Assembly: GCA_048938105.1 (NCBI GenBank)
Contig: JBHLMN010000003.1
Coordinates: forward strand, 1-64,000
Origin: Promethearchaeota archaeon
Lineage (GTDB): Archaea; Asgardarchaeota; Heimdallarchaeia; Hodarchaeales; Hodarchaeaceae
Length of the DNA: 64,000 nt
Reading direction: 5' to 3'
How positions within the stretch are numbered: position 1 is the first letter of the stretch; the number at the start of each line of letters is the position of its first letter. This document shows, piece after piece, positions 9,199-17,839 of this stretch. The notes under the pieces were generated by a model. The model ran no database searches, had not been told where the DNA came from, and worked only from the letters and a program-made list of their open reading frames with translations. A program made the translations under genes and the position numbers.

Positions 9199-9915
9199 TC
9201 ATTTCTCATAAGAACCAATGATAAATTCATTCAGAGGTGAAAGAAAAGGATTCATTTGTAAGAAGAGAATCCGTTCATTTTTTATGCGGATGATGGTTAA
9301 ATCAGCCTTCCTAAACATAAATACTGGAAAATCATGGTCTGAAAAGGATTTATTTAATAATTTCAGAATGAGAACTGTAAAAGAACCACCATGACCAATA
9401 ATACAGATCTTTTTGTACTGTTCCCCCTTAAATTGGATTAAAGTTTGATAACAACCAGTTGATACACGGTTCCAGAAATCTCTGAGACTTTCGCCGCAAG
9501 GAAAAGAAAAGTTTTTGTCAATGGCTAATAACCCTGCCACAAGAGGCCCTCGTTCATTATATCCCTTACTTAGAAATTGTTTAATTGGAGGTGTAACTTG
9601 TTGGTTGATTTCCTTTTTAGAACGACCAGCCCATTCTCCTACATCTATTTCTGCTAACCAGTCCTGTTCTTGGAATTTTAGTGGTTTGCATTCATCAGCA
9701 ATAATTTCTGCGGTCTGTTTTGCTCTTTTTAATGGACTAGTGAAAAGAACATCGAAAATATGGTTTTTTAGTTGTTTAGCTAGATTTTCTGCTTGAGCGA
9801 TTCCAAATTGACTAAGAGGAGTTGTAGGTAAACCCCAATGGTTTGGTAAGCCTACTGGGTCTGCATGACGTATTAAATAAATGTCAAGTACGATATGCTT
9901 CAGATCCATTCTCAA
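9199..9915 (-). CDS. Histidine phosphatase (phosphoglycerate mutase superfamily)
   Basis: LIRHA, SPLKRAKQTA, EIDVGEWAG, GES, GHGG motifs. Confidence 0.88.
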   Translation of the reverse strand: MRMDLKHIVLDIYLIRHADPVGLPNHWGLPTTPLSQFGIAQAENLAKQLKNHIFDVLFTSPLKRAKQTAEIIADECKPLKFQEQDWLAEIDVGEWAGRSKKEINQQVTPPIKQFLSKGYNERGPLVAGLLAIDKNFSFPCGESLRDFWNRVSTGCYQTLIQFKGEQYKKICIIGHGGSFTVLILKLLNKSFSDHDFPVFMFRKADLTIIRIKNERILFLQMNPFLSPLNEFIIGSYEK

Positions 9916-10038
9916 TCACCATACTTTTATCTTAACCATCGATTATTTCAATAAGATTATTGAGAGAAAACAATAAGTAGAAAAAACGCTTTTAAATGAA
10001 GAAAAGGAGCTTGAATATACTATTGAGGTTTACCAATC

Positions 10039-11145
10039 ATGAATGACTATAAACCAATGTGGGGGAAACCATTTTACGATAAGCTTCACGAAAGTGACTG
10101 TATTATAATGGCATGCAACACCCGAATAGCTCATGGAGTGGTTGAAGGGATTTTTCGAGCTGCTAAAGATACACAGTCACCAATCATATTTGAATTGGCT
10201 AAATCTGAGTCTGATCTTAAGGGTGGGTATACAGGATTAACTCCTGCTAAATATGCGAAATTCGTCAATGAAGCAGCTGTTAAGGTTCAATACCCATACT
10301 ATGTCATTCACGGAGATCATATAAAAGTAGGAAAAATGGAGGATATCCCGGTGGTTAAAGAGCTCATATCTGCTCAAATTGAAGCTGGATATACCTCTTT
10401 TGCAATAGATGCTAGCTTTATGTATGATCCAGCTGGTTCTAACGACAAAGAACATTTGGGTAAAAATATTGAGGCTACTACTGAGGTTTCTCGTTTCATT
10501 AAAGACAAATTAGGACATGATAAATTTGGTTTAGAAGTGGAAGTGGGGGAGATTGGGAAGAAGGATCCAGAAACAGGATTGGTTAAAACAACAGTGAGTG
10601 AAGCTTCAACATATATTGAAGCTTTAAAAGAAAATGGGGTGCATCCACAATTCCTAGCTATTGCTAATGGCTCAGTTCACGGATTTCAGTATGATGAACA
10701 TGGGAATCCACTACCTCAAGTTGGAATTGACATTGACTTGACAAAAAATATTGGGGCTGCCATTAGGCCAATGGGTGTTAAGATTGCTCAACATGGAATA
10801 ACAGGTACTCCATTAGATATCATCGCTGCGGAGTTCCCTAAGGATGTTCTTGGAAAGGGGAATGTTGGGACAAATTGGATGACTATCGCCTGGGATGTGC
10901 TAAAAATCTTCGAACCTAAACTTTATAGCACAATACACGGCTGGACGATAAATAATTTTCATAAAGAAAGAGTCCCCATTAATGAAACGTTTCTAAAATA
11001 TAGTAAATTAGCAATTATTGAATATTTTGATGATATATATACAGTTAAAGAAGAAACAAGGCACGCTTTAGCATATACTTCCTATGCTAGTGCATTATTT
11101 TTCCTTAAAGCATTCAATAGCTACAACAAAGCTAAAAAACTATAA
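10039..11145 (+). CDS. fba: Class II fructose-bisphosphate aldolase
   Basis: HGDH, IDAS, EVEVGEIG, AIANGSVHG, AQHGITG, KGNVGT. Confidence 0.92.
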   Translation: MNDYKPMWGKPFYDKLHESDCIIMACNTRIAHGVVEGIFRAAKDTQSPIIFELAKSESDLKGGYTGLTPAKYAKFVNEAAVKVQYPYYVIHGDHIKVGKMEDIPVVKELISAQIEAGYTSFAIDASFMYDPAGSNDKEHLGKNIEATTEVSRFIKDKLGHDKFGLEVEVGEIGKKDPETGLVKTTVSEASTYIEALKENGVHPQFLAIANGSVHGFQYDEHGNPLPQVGIDIDLTKNIGAAIRPMGVKIAQHGITGTPLDIIAAEFPKDVLGKGNVGTNWMTIAWDVLKIFEPKLYSTIHGWTINNFHKERVPINETFLKYSKLAIIEYFDDIYTVKEETRHALAYTSYASALFFLKAFNSYNKAKKL

Positions 11146-11176
11146 TTCAATTCCTTCAGAGTTAAGAGGTAAAAAT

Positions 11177-11827
11177 ATGACCTTTAAACTACTTGGGATA
11201 AATGGTTCTCCGAAAAAAGCAGTTGATAAATCCAATAGCTTTTTTTTACTCAAAACAGCATTAGATAGTGCTAAAGAGGCAGGTACCCAAACTACGTTAA
11301 TTAATCTTGCTGACTATGACATCATTCAATGTAATGGATGTGAGGTCTGTACAACGAAACCTTGTCCTTTAGATAAGCAGGATGACTACCCTAAGTTAGA
11401 ACAATTAATCCTAGATCATCACGGATTAATTATTGCTTCACCTTCTTACTGGACGGGACCCCCAGGAATTTTGAAGAACGTAATAGATCGATCTCGAGAT
11501 AATAAGATGCCTGAACAGTTATGGGCTGGTAAGATATTTTCTGCTATTGCTGTTTCAGGTTTAAGGGTCGGGGGCCAAGAGAATGTGATAAATTCCCTAA
11601 TAACATTCGCACTAGGTCATGGAATGATAATTGTAGGTGGAGTAGGACATCCATGGTTCAATGCTCCTTTTCCAATGGGAACTATGATGTATGATACAAT
11701 AGAAGAAGATGTACCAAAAATTAAATTCCGATCTGTAAAAAAAGATCCCATTGCGACTAAAGATGCTACAATATTAGGACAACGCTTAGCATCCTTTGGA
11801 AAAAAATTATTTAATTCAAATGAATAA
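11177..11827 (+). CDS. Iron-sulfur flavoprotein / flavodoxin family (FMN_red)
   Basis: GINGSP, CNGCEVC...C, ASPSYW, GGQE; start moved to the ATG at 11177 behind GAGGT. Confidence 0.88.
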   Translation: MTFKLLGINGSPKKAVDKSNSFFLLKTALDSAKEAGTQTTLINLADYDIIQCNGCEVCTTKPCPLDKQDDYPKLEQLILDHHGLIIASPSYWTGPPGILKNVIDRSRDNKMPEQLWAGKIFSAIAVSGLRVGGQENVINSLITFALGHGMIIVGGVGHPWFNAPFPMGTMMYDTIEEDVPKIKFRSVKKDPIATKDATILGQRLASFGKKLFNSNE

Positions 11828-11850
11828 ATAGATCAAGATTTTGTGATATT

Positions 11851-12183
11851 ATGCCGGGTTCAGGACATGGAAGAAGAAGAGGGCGGGGACGGGGTTTTCG
11901 AGGTGGACGACCCAGGGTTCAACCCACCATCCGAGGGAATTATTCTACAATTGGCGGACAAGCAATCCTTCATTTGACACCTGCAGAGTTAGAAGCCTTA
12001 AGACTAGCAGATGAAGAAAATTTAACTCAAGAAGACGCAGCAAAACGCATGAAAATCAGTCGAGGTACATTTTGGCGGATTCTAGATAGTGCTCGTAAAA
12101 AAGTTACATCGTCACTAATGGAAGGAAAACAGATTCGAGTTATCCTCGAACGCGAATCATCATTAAATCAAGAAGATGAATGA
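11851..12183 (+). CDS. DUF134 family HTH protein with RG-rich N-terminus
   Basis: ELEALRLAD..LTQEDAAKRMKISRGTFWRILDSARKKV pattern. Confidence 0.88.
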   Translation: MPGSGHGRRRGRGRGFRGGRPRVQPTIRGNYSTIGGQAILHLTPAELEALRLADEENLTQEDAAKRMKISRGTFWRILDSARKKVTSSLMEGKQIRVILERESSLNQEDE

Positions 12184-12190
12184 TTAGCCT

Positions 12191-12511
12191 TTAATCCACT
12201 CGTGCGCCGCACTTATGACAATATTGAGACTTCTCAAAGATTAATGAACCGCAAGAGAGGCACCATCTTTCAGAAGAAAAATGGGACTTAGGGGAGGACT
12301 CCTCCAAGAATCGGCCTACTTCATTGATATTCTTTAATCCTTTTTTATCGGTATAAAATTCAGTATAACCACAGCTAGCACATGTAAAAGACTCAAGCGT
12401 CGCGGTTTTTGATCCAGGTAAATCTAGCGAAAGATGGCCATAAGCATGCAGTTTGTGAGGACCTGCAATTCTTGAATTGCCACATTTGGGGCATTTATAT
12501 GATAAGTTCAT
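12191..12511 (-). CDS. Double zinc-ribbon protein
   Basis: CPKC...CASCGYTEFY and CLSC...CHKCG. Confidence 0.8.
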   Translation of the reverse strand: MNLSYKCPKCGNSRIAGPHKLHAYGHLSLDLPGSKTATLESFTCASCGYTEFYTDKKGLKNINEVGRFLEESSPKSHFSSERWCLSCGSLIFEKSQYCHKCGARVD

Positions 12512-12572
12512 CTTATTCTCATTTTTTACTTTACTTTTCCTATTTATAATATTTGGGAAGGAGGAACAATAA

Positions 12573-13511
12573 TTATCCTAGAATTGATACAAATATTGAT
12601 CCAAAAATGATCAAAAAAATACCAATCGCCTGAAAAGGGGATAATTTTTCTTTTAATACAAATATACCAATAATAACAGATACAAGTGGATTAATAGAGG
12701 ATATTGGGGTTGCTCGTCCTGCCCCAATCATTTCAATAGATGAAAAAAAACTAATAGCTCCAATACCCCAAGATATTATACCACCCATACCAAGTACAAA
12801 AGCAACTTTCTTAGTCAAGTGAGAAAGGGAAGCAGGATCTACAATTCCCATTTGATGACGATAAGAAGTGTTTATACCCCATAAAACTCCAAAAAAGATA
12901 GTCAAAATGCCAAAACGAAGTGTTGCCAAAGAATAAACATCAACATCTGGAAAATCAAGCAACAATTTCAATGTATATATTCCAACGCTCCAAAATATGG
13001 CAGCTGAAACCGCCAGTGCCAATCCTACCTTTATTTCTCCCTGTAATTCTAGGTTTGAAGAAGAATCTTTATTTTGTTGAGCTAGAAAACCTAAACCCAC
13101 AATTAATATGATGATTCCAATAAAAATAATTAAAGAAATTGTCTCAAGACCAAATAAAATTAATAAAATTGCAGTAAAAAGGGGATAAATTGAAGCAACA
13201 GGCATAGCTTGAGTAACCTCAATTCTTTGTAGAGAACCGAAAAACAAGAGATCACCGAACCCAACAAATATACTGGACACAATGAGAATTGGAAGTACTT
13301 CGGGAGAGAATAATATCGTAAGAGAATAAAAACCATTCACAAAAAAGGTCACCAGTGCAATGAAAGGAACAGCGACTGAACCACGGATAGTTATTGTCAG
13401 AAAAAGAGAATGTTCTGACTTTAACACAGATTTGTACAGAGATGCGCCAACACCCCAACAGACTGCAGCAAAGAGAGCCAAAAGAGTACCAAGTAACTGT
13501 TCATCAATCAA
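12573..13511 (-). CDS. DMT/EamA family transporter
   Basis: About 10 TMs in two repeats; P..SI.PL motifs; LKEK near the C-terminus. Confidence 0.88.
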   Translation of the reverse strand: MIDEQLLGTLLALFAAVCWGVGASLYKSVLKSEHSLFLTITIRGSVAVPFIALVTFFVNGFYSLTILFSPEVLPILIVSSIFVGFGDLLFFGSLQRIEVTQAMPVASIYPLFTAILLILFGLETISLIIFIGIIILIVGLGFLAQQNKDSSSNLELQGEIKVGLALAVSAAIFWSVGIYTLKLLLDFPDVDVYSLATLRFGILTIFFGVLWGINTSYRHQMGIVDPASLSHLTKKVAFVLGMGGIISWGIGAISFFSSIEMIGAGRATPISSINPLVSVIIGIFVLKEKLSPFQAIGIFLIIFGSIFVSILG

Positions 13512-13742
13512 AAGCGTTACCTTCAGAGGTGTAGAGTATAAAGGAATTTTATTACTCTATAATTCAGAAATAAACAAATATCTATGTATTAAATTATTAA
13601 GGATGTTAAATTTCAGTTATATAAATTGATTCAAATGAACTTTAAAACAATTTTTTTGAGAAAGATCATGTTTTTATAAATATGAAGAATGTAAATCCAT
13701 TTTCTAATTCTTTAAAATGATAATCCTTCATTAATACCGTAA

Positions 13743-15197
13743 TTACGAAGTTTGATCACCCCAATTAAAAGTACCGAGTATATCAAAACTCCATGGAGCA
13801 TAAGAGTCTGGGCCAATATAATAAGAAGATAAACAATTTGGATAAGTGCTAGAAAGAGACGTTAAGCTGTATATGAACCTATTTGTCCAGAAGGGTGGTA
13901 TGTTTACCTGACCAATCAATATTCTACTGCTTTTATTATAATAAACATTTAGATATGTGAAAAATTTCAGATGTTCAAGAACACTCATCACTCCTCCTCC
14001 ATGAGTGGGATCTAAGCTACGGATACAAAAATAAATCCAAGATCCAAGACCGAGGTTTGAAAATATTGGAAAACGAAATATGATGCGATTCCTTAATAAT
14101 TTCCTCACATCTAAAGTTACATAAGCTCTACTGATCTTTAATTGTTTTGCAAGAAACTCCTCTTCCATCGTTGATAATTTATGAATTAAATCTAGAAGTT
14201 TACCTTGACGATATGTTAATGGAAATGGATCATAAAACGGATCTAGATTGAACTCAACACCAGTTTCTCCCAGAATTAGCTTTGTATTCCAATTTCCACC
14301 TTCTCGCAAAATTGGGGGAAGCAATTTCCATCTCTCATTTGGATTCTGTGTCAAACCTGAAAAATTCCATCCACAATTTTGCTTTTTTATGATAACCTTT
14401 TCTGTAGGATTAAAGAATTTTAAAATTTTATTATAGATTACTGTGTCATTAAACGGGCATTGAAAGATCGTTGTGTATTTATCATGAGGAGTCAAGGGAA
14501 AAAACATAACAACATATGGTTGAATATGCTTTGGTATCTCTGTTCTTTCTTTTTTATGAAAAATCAGAATTGTTTGATAACCAATGCGGGCCATATCAAC
14601 CAAGTAAATGGTACTCAAGATCTGGTGTAGAATTAAGTAGTCTAAACGGCTAGAGACGGTCCTTGCATCACGACGTATTCCATAAGCTAATTCTTTCACT
14701 TTAGGGTATCTATCCAATGATTTCGAAAATCCGTGTTGTGCGAGTTTTTGAAGGATCTGCAAATCACTATTTATCAACCTAATGTTTAGATCCTCATAAA
14801 GAGATATCAAACTCCTCTCTAAAGATTCGTTCGAAGGATCCTCTCTTAAACGAGAAAGTAATATATTATCAGGTTTTATTGCTTCATAAAGAATAAGTTG
14901 TTTAGGTAGTAATATTGCATCTCCCTTAAAATGGAGTGTAATTGAAGAAAAATTTTTTATATACGATTGAATCCATGAAAATATTCCTAATTGATTCCAT
15001 TTGTCATAGAGGGGGATTGTAAGGGTTTTTAACATATTTTGAGATATATCCTTCCATTTTCTCCAATGAACAACAGACTTTCTCTCAGGTCTTACAATTC
15101 TCTTCACATTCTCCCAATATTCTATAAAATCGTTAATAAAGTTAGGTGGCAATCTTAAACTAATCAATTCAGATGAATTTTCCATGTTTCGCTCCAT
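13743..15197 (-). CDS. Tandem Lrp/AsnC-type wHTH transcription regulator with N-terminal extension
   Basis: Two HTH-Lrp units (KELAYGIRRDARTVSSRLDYL...VDMARIG; FLAKQLKISRAYV...FSNLGLG). Start is uncertain (15233, 15197 or 15185). Confidence 0.7.
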   Translation of the reverse strand: MERNMENSSELISLRLPPNFINDFIEYWENVKRIVRPERKSVVHWRKWKDISQNMLKTLTIPLYDKWNQLGIFSWIQSYIKNFSSITLHFKGDAILLPKQLILYEAIKPDNILLSRLREDPSNESLERSLISLYEDLNIRLINSDLQILQKLAQHGFSKSLDRYPKVKELAYGIRRDARTVSSRLDYLILHQILSTIYLVDMARIGYQTILIFHKKERTEIPKHIQPYVVMFFPLTPHDKYTTIFQCPFNDTVIYNKILKFFNPTEKVIIKKQNCGWNFSGLTQNPNERWKLLPPILREGGNWNTKLILGETGVEFNLDPFYDPFPLTYRQGKLLDLIHKLSTMEEEFLAKQLKISRAYVTLDVRKLLRNRIIFRFPIFSNLGLGSWIYFCIRSLDPTHGGGVMSVLEHLKFFTYLNVYYNKSSRILIGQVNIPPFWTNRFIYSLTSLSSTYPNCLSSYYIGPDSYAPWSFDILGTFNWGDQTS

Positions 15198-15222
15198 AAC
15201 TAGACTTCCTTTCATTATATAG

Positions 15223-15246
15223 AAAAATCGCATAGCAAAAATCGCA
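15223..15246. promoter_or_regulatory. Direct repeat AAAAATCGCA x2, possible operator in the divergent promoter
   Basis: Copies at 15223-15232 and 15237-15246. Confidence 0.35.
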
Positions 15247-15345
15247 ATGTTTTGTGTTATTTTTTCTTCCTATTAACTTCATTAAGATTTCTAAATCAAT
15301 ATTTTCGTGTTGCTTTCTCCTCAATAACATTGGAGGATAATAACA

Positions 15346-15504
15346 TTGTGGAATAAATTCCGTGAGCGACTAGAAAATTATAAGCCAACTAGAAATTCTA
15401 TATTAAAAATAGTTCCTTTAGTTGTTTTCTTAACTATCTTTTTATTAAGGATATCTTTAGGAATGGCTGACCCTAATGGTGTGCCTCCTGGACCTAAACC
15501 CTAA
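15346..15504 (+). CDS. Small secreted peptide precursor, 52 aa (not in ORF track)
   Basis: GGAGG at 15332-15336, TTG start. Translation MWNKFRERLENYKPTRNSILKIVPLVVFLTIFLLRISLGMADPNGVPPGPKP: basic n-region, hydrophobic h-region, G-M-A cleavage-like site. Confidence 0.72.
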   Translation: MWNKFRERLENYKPTRNSILKIVPLVVFLTIFLLRISLGMADPNGVPPGPKP

Positions 15505-15527
15505 AATGATATGGGTAACAAAGATAT

Positions 15528-15543
15528 CCCTTTTTTTTTTCTT
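15528..15543 (+). terminator. Oligo-T tract after the peptide gene
   Basis: ccc-T10-ctt about 25 nt after the stop; typical archaeal intrinsic terminator. Confidence 0.5.
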
Positions 15544-15558
15544 ATGGAAGATTGTGAA

Positions 15559-15885
15559 ATGGTAAAGAAAAGCATACTACAGACTCATGATTCTCAGATG
15601 AATGCTGTTCTCCTAGTAACACTCATATCACCTGTTTTCCTAGGAGACTACGAACTTCAAGAAGATGGGCTACATTGTTTCTTCATTCAATCAATCGATC
15701 ATATTCAGAAAATGATAAAAACCTTCCTCAACGCTTTATATGAGATTACAAATCAGCAATTTTACTTTGAAATAATTAATGATCATGAGGCTATTCTAAA
15801 GATTTATGGAGAAAAAAAATTACAATTTTCTCAAGATATACTGTTCAGATCAACAGTTTCATCACAGAAGAGGGAGCTATTATGA
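15559..15885 (+). CDS. Hypothetical protein
   Basis: ORF 15511-15885. The start is probably 15544 or 15559, after the T tract. The stop overlaps the next start (ATGA). Confidence 0.55.
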   Translation: MVKKSILQTHDSQMNAVLLVTLISPVFLGDYELQEDGLHCFFIQSIDHIQKMIKTFLNALYEITNQQFYFEIINDHEAILKIYGEKKLQFSQDILFRSTVSSQKRELL

Positions 15886-16322
15886 TTCGGAGTGTATTTA
15901 TAATTCATGAATCAGGATTATGTTTATTCTCACGTGCCTACAGGGAAAATTCAAAGAATATTGATCTATTCAGTGGCTTGTTATTTGCAGTTTCTAGCTT
16001 TGCTAAAAATATGATTGGTGAAAAAATCAATGAAATAAAGACGGAACATCATAACATCTACTACGAATCAAAAAAAACAATAGTTATCGCCCTGGTAACA
16101 TCAAAGAAGAAAATCACAAAACGGAAATTGACTATGATTATGAGGAGAATTTCCAATAACTTTGTCCAACAATACGAAGAGTATCTAAAACTTGCAATCA
16201 TTGAACCTCAAATATTTGAAAGCTTTTCGACAACAATAGATAAAATCTTCCAATCTAGTGACTTAATCAAAATACATTACCCTCTAGAAAAGGAGAAAGT
16301 CATTTCAGGCATTCATCAGTAA
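15882..16322 (+). CDS. Longin-like domain protein (Asgard type)
   Basis: MIRSVFIIHESGLCLFSR...LFSGLLFAVSSFA...FESFSTTIDKI matches the sedlin/sigma/Fuz longin pattern. Confidence 0.78.
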   Translation: MIRSVFIIHESGLCLFSRAYRENSKNIDLFSGLLFAVSSFAKNMIGEKINEIKTEHHNIYYESKKTIVIALVTSKKKITKRKLTMIMRRISNNFVQQYEEYLKLAIIEPQIFESFSTTIDKIFQSSDLIKIHYPLEKEKVISGIHQ

Positions 16323-16363
16323 AACAATCAGAAAAACTGTCAAATAAGTAAGAGAGTTTAGTT

Positions 16364-17245
16364 TTGATGAAGCAATCCGCAAAACCGAATCCTATCGGCA
16401 CAAAACCATTTGATTCATTTGTAATTCTGTCATCTAATGATCACTCTCTTTTATTCTTCACACAGTCTTTTGCTCAACTTAGTGGTTTTCATCCCTCTAT
16501 TGTACCATCATTAATCCCTATACCAAACATTTGGGTACAAAATCTTGATATCCAACGCCGAGTACCATTTGACCAGTATGAGATTTATCAATTCAAACAG
16601 AGAACGTCTTTATGCTATGAAAATCTTTGGGTAGAGACCATGATTCATGAATTACGGACTGCATCGTTGACCATCGATCTTGGGGCGCATGTGTTAGTAG
16701 AAAACGATCAGTCAGCACCATATATTCTTCAAAAGCTATTACGAGCTTCCCATCGTCAAAAAATATCAACACTTATCGCATCAGATTTTCTTCAGTTATT
16801 GATATCACCACCCTCAATTTACTCTATTTCTTTAACAAAGATACTAATTAGTGGTCTATCCCACTGTCCAGTAGCACCCTTAAAATTCCATCTGGCTTCT
16901 TCTATCGAAACAAACTTTTTAGGGCATATTAATCCAATCATTTGGGGAAATTTCCATTTCTTAGCTAATTTCTTCACCACCTTTTTCTCTTGGCTTGGGA
17001 TGGAATGTGTCACCTTAGAAATGGAGATTATTAATCCCGTCTCTGTTTTAGTAAGTTTAGACATACCCCCCACTCATTCTTTATCACATATTCAAGGATT
17101 TTCCTTAATACCTCATTATTTACATTATATTACGGCATACTTCAATGGCCGTGCTTGGATGACCCAGAGTTCAGTAAAAATTCTTTTTCCATTGGTCTTA
17201 TCAACCCTTAATTCGGATAGTAACTTTAAACACTCAGAAAGTTAG
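16364..17245 (+). CDS. Degenerate sensor histidine kinase-like protein (PAS remnant, H-box, eroded HATPase)
   Basis: DSFVILSS...FTQSFAQLSGF is PAS-like; H-box MIHELRT; no intact N/G1/G2 boxes; ends in FNGRAW...ILFPL. Confidence 0.55.
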   Translation: MMKQSAKPNPIGTKPFDSFVILSSNDHSLLFFTQSFAQLSGFHPSIVPSLIPIPNIWVQNLDIQRRVPFDQYEIYQFKQRTSLCYENLWVETMIHELRTASLTIDLGAHVLVENDQSAPYILQKLLRASHRQKISTLIASDFLQLLISPPSIYSISLTKILISGLSHCPVAPLKFHLASSIETNFLGHINPIIWGNFHFLANFFTTFFSWLGMECVTLEMEIINPVSVLVSLDIPPTHSLSHIQGFSLIPHYLHYITAYFNGRAWMTQSSVKILFPLVLSTLNSDSNFKHSES

Positions 17246-17279
17246 ATAAATGGGTTAAGAAAAGAATTATTCCTTTTAT

Positions 17280-17792
17280 TTATGAATTTGGGGAGATTTC
17301 AGGGTCAGGATCACGGTATCCATAGTAAGCCCCCATATCTATTTTCACACCATTTTGCCTTAAATAGGTAAATAATTGCCCTAAATGAAACCATTCATGC
17401 CCGATTTCATCAAATATTTCTTTATAAATTGAGGTATTATGGTCTTGATAGAACAATTTGATGTTTTCAACTCGTGCGTCCTCTATATGATCTTCTAGAT
17501 AACTAATTAACTTCTGTAAACCTTCTTCATATAATTTTGTTAATCCTTGGGAATTTAAAGGCATATTTGATGCCTCTAAATTATTGTAAGTCTCTTCATC
17601 TAGAATATTCCCTTGAAATAATTCTAGAATGGCTAGAGGGCTATAAGCTAAGTGATTAGCTAATTGGGCAGTATTTCTCATAGAGGGGATTGGACTCCAA
17701 TCCCATAAATCTAAAGGTACCATCTTCAATATAAATAATATTCCTAAACGACGTGCCTTCAAAGTAGCGATTAATTCTTCCAATTCGATCAA
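17280..17792 (-). CDS. DinB family protein
   Basis: W.P..SMRN..QLANHL and HEWFHLGQLFTYLR. Confidence 0.88.
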   Translation of the reverse strand: MIELEELIATLKARRLGILFILKMVPLDLWDWSPIPSMRNTAQLANHLAYSPLAILELFQGNILDEETYNNLEASNMPLNSQGLTKLYEEGLQKLISYLEDHIEDARVENIKLFYQDHNTSIYKEIFDEIGHEWFHLGQLFTYLRQNGVKIDMGAYYGYRDPDPEISPNS

Positions 17793-17839
17793 CCTATTGA
17801 TTCTTCTTAGATTACAGTTTATGAAATATAGCTTTTAAA

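Noticed and set aside
15469-15501. Resemblance of VPPGPKP to plant CLE peptides (VPSGPxP)
   Set aside because: Short, low-complexity match that lacks the CLE Arg and terminal His/Asn; no basis for homology.
15511-15558. Track start of the 124-aa ORF
   Set aside because: It would translate through the T10 tract (PFFFL); a downstream ATG is more plausible.
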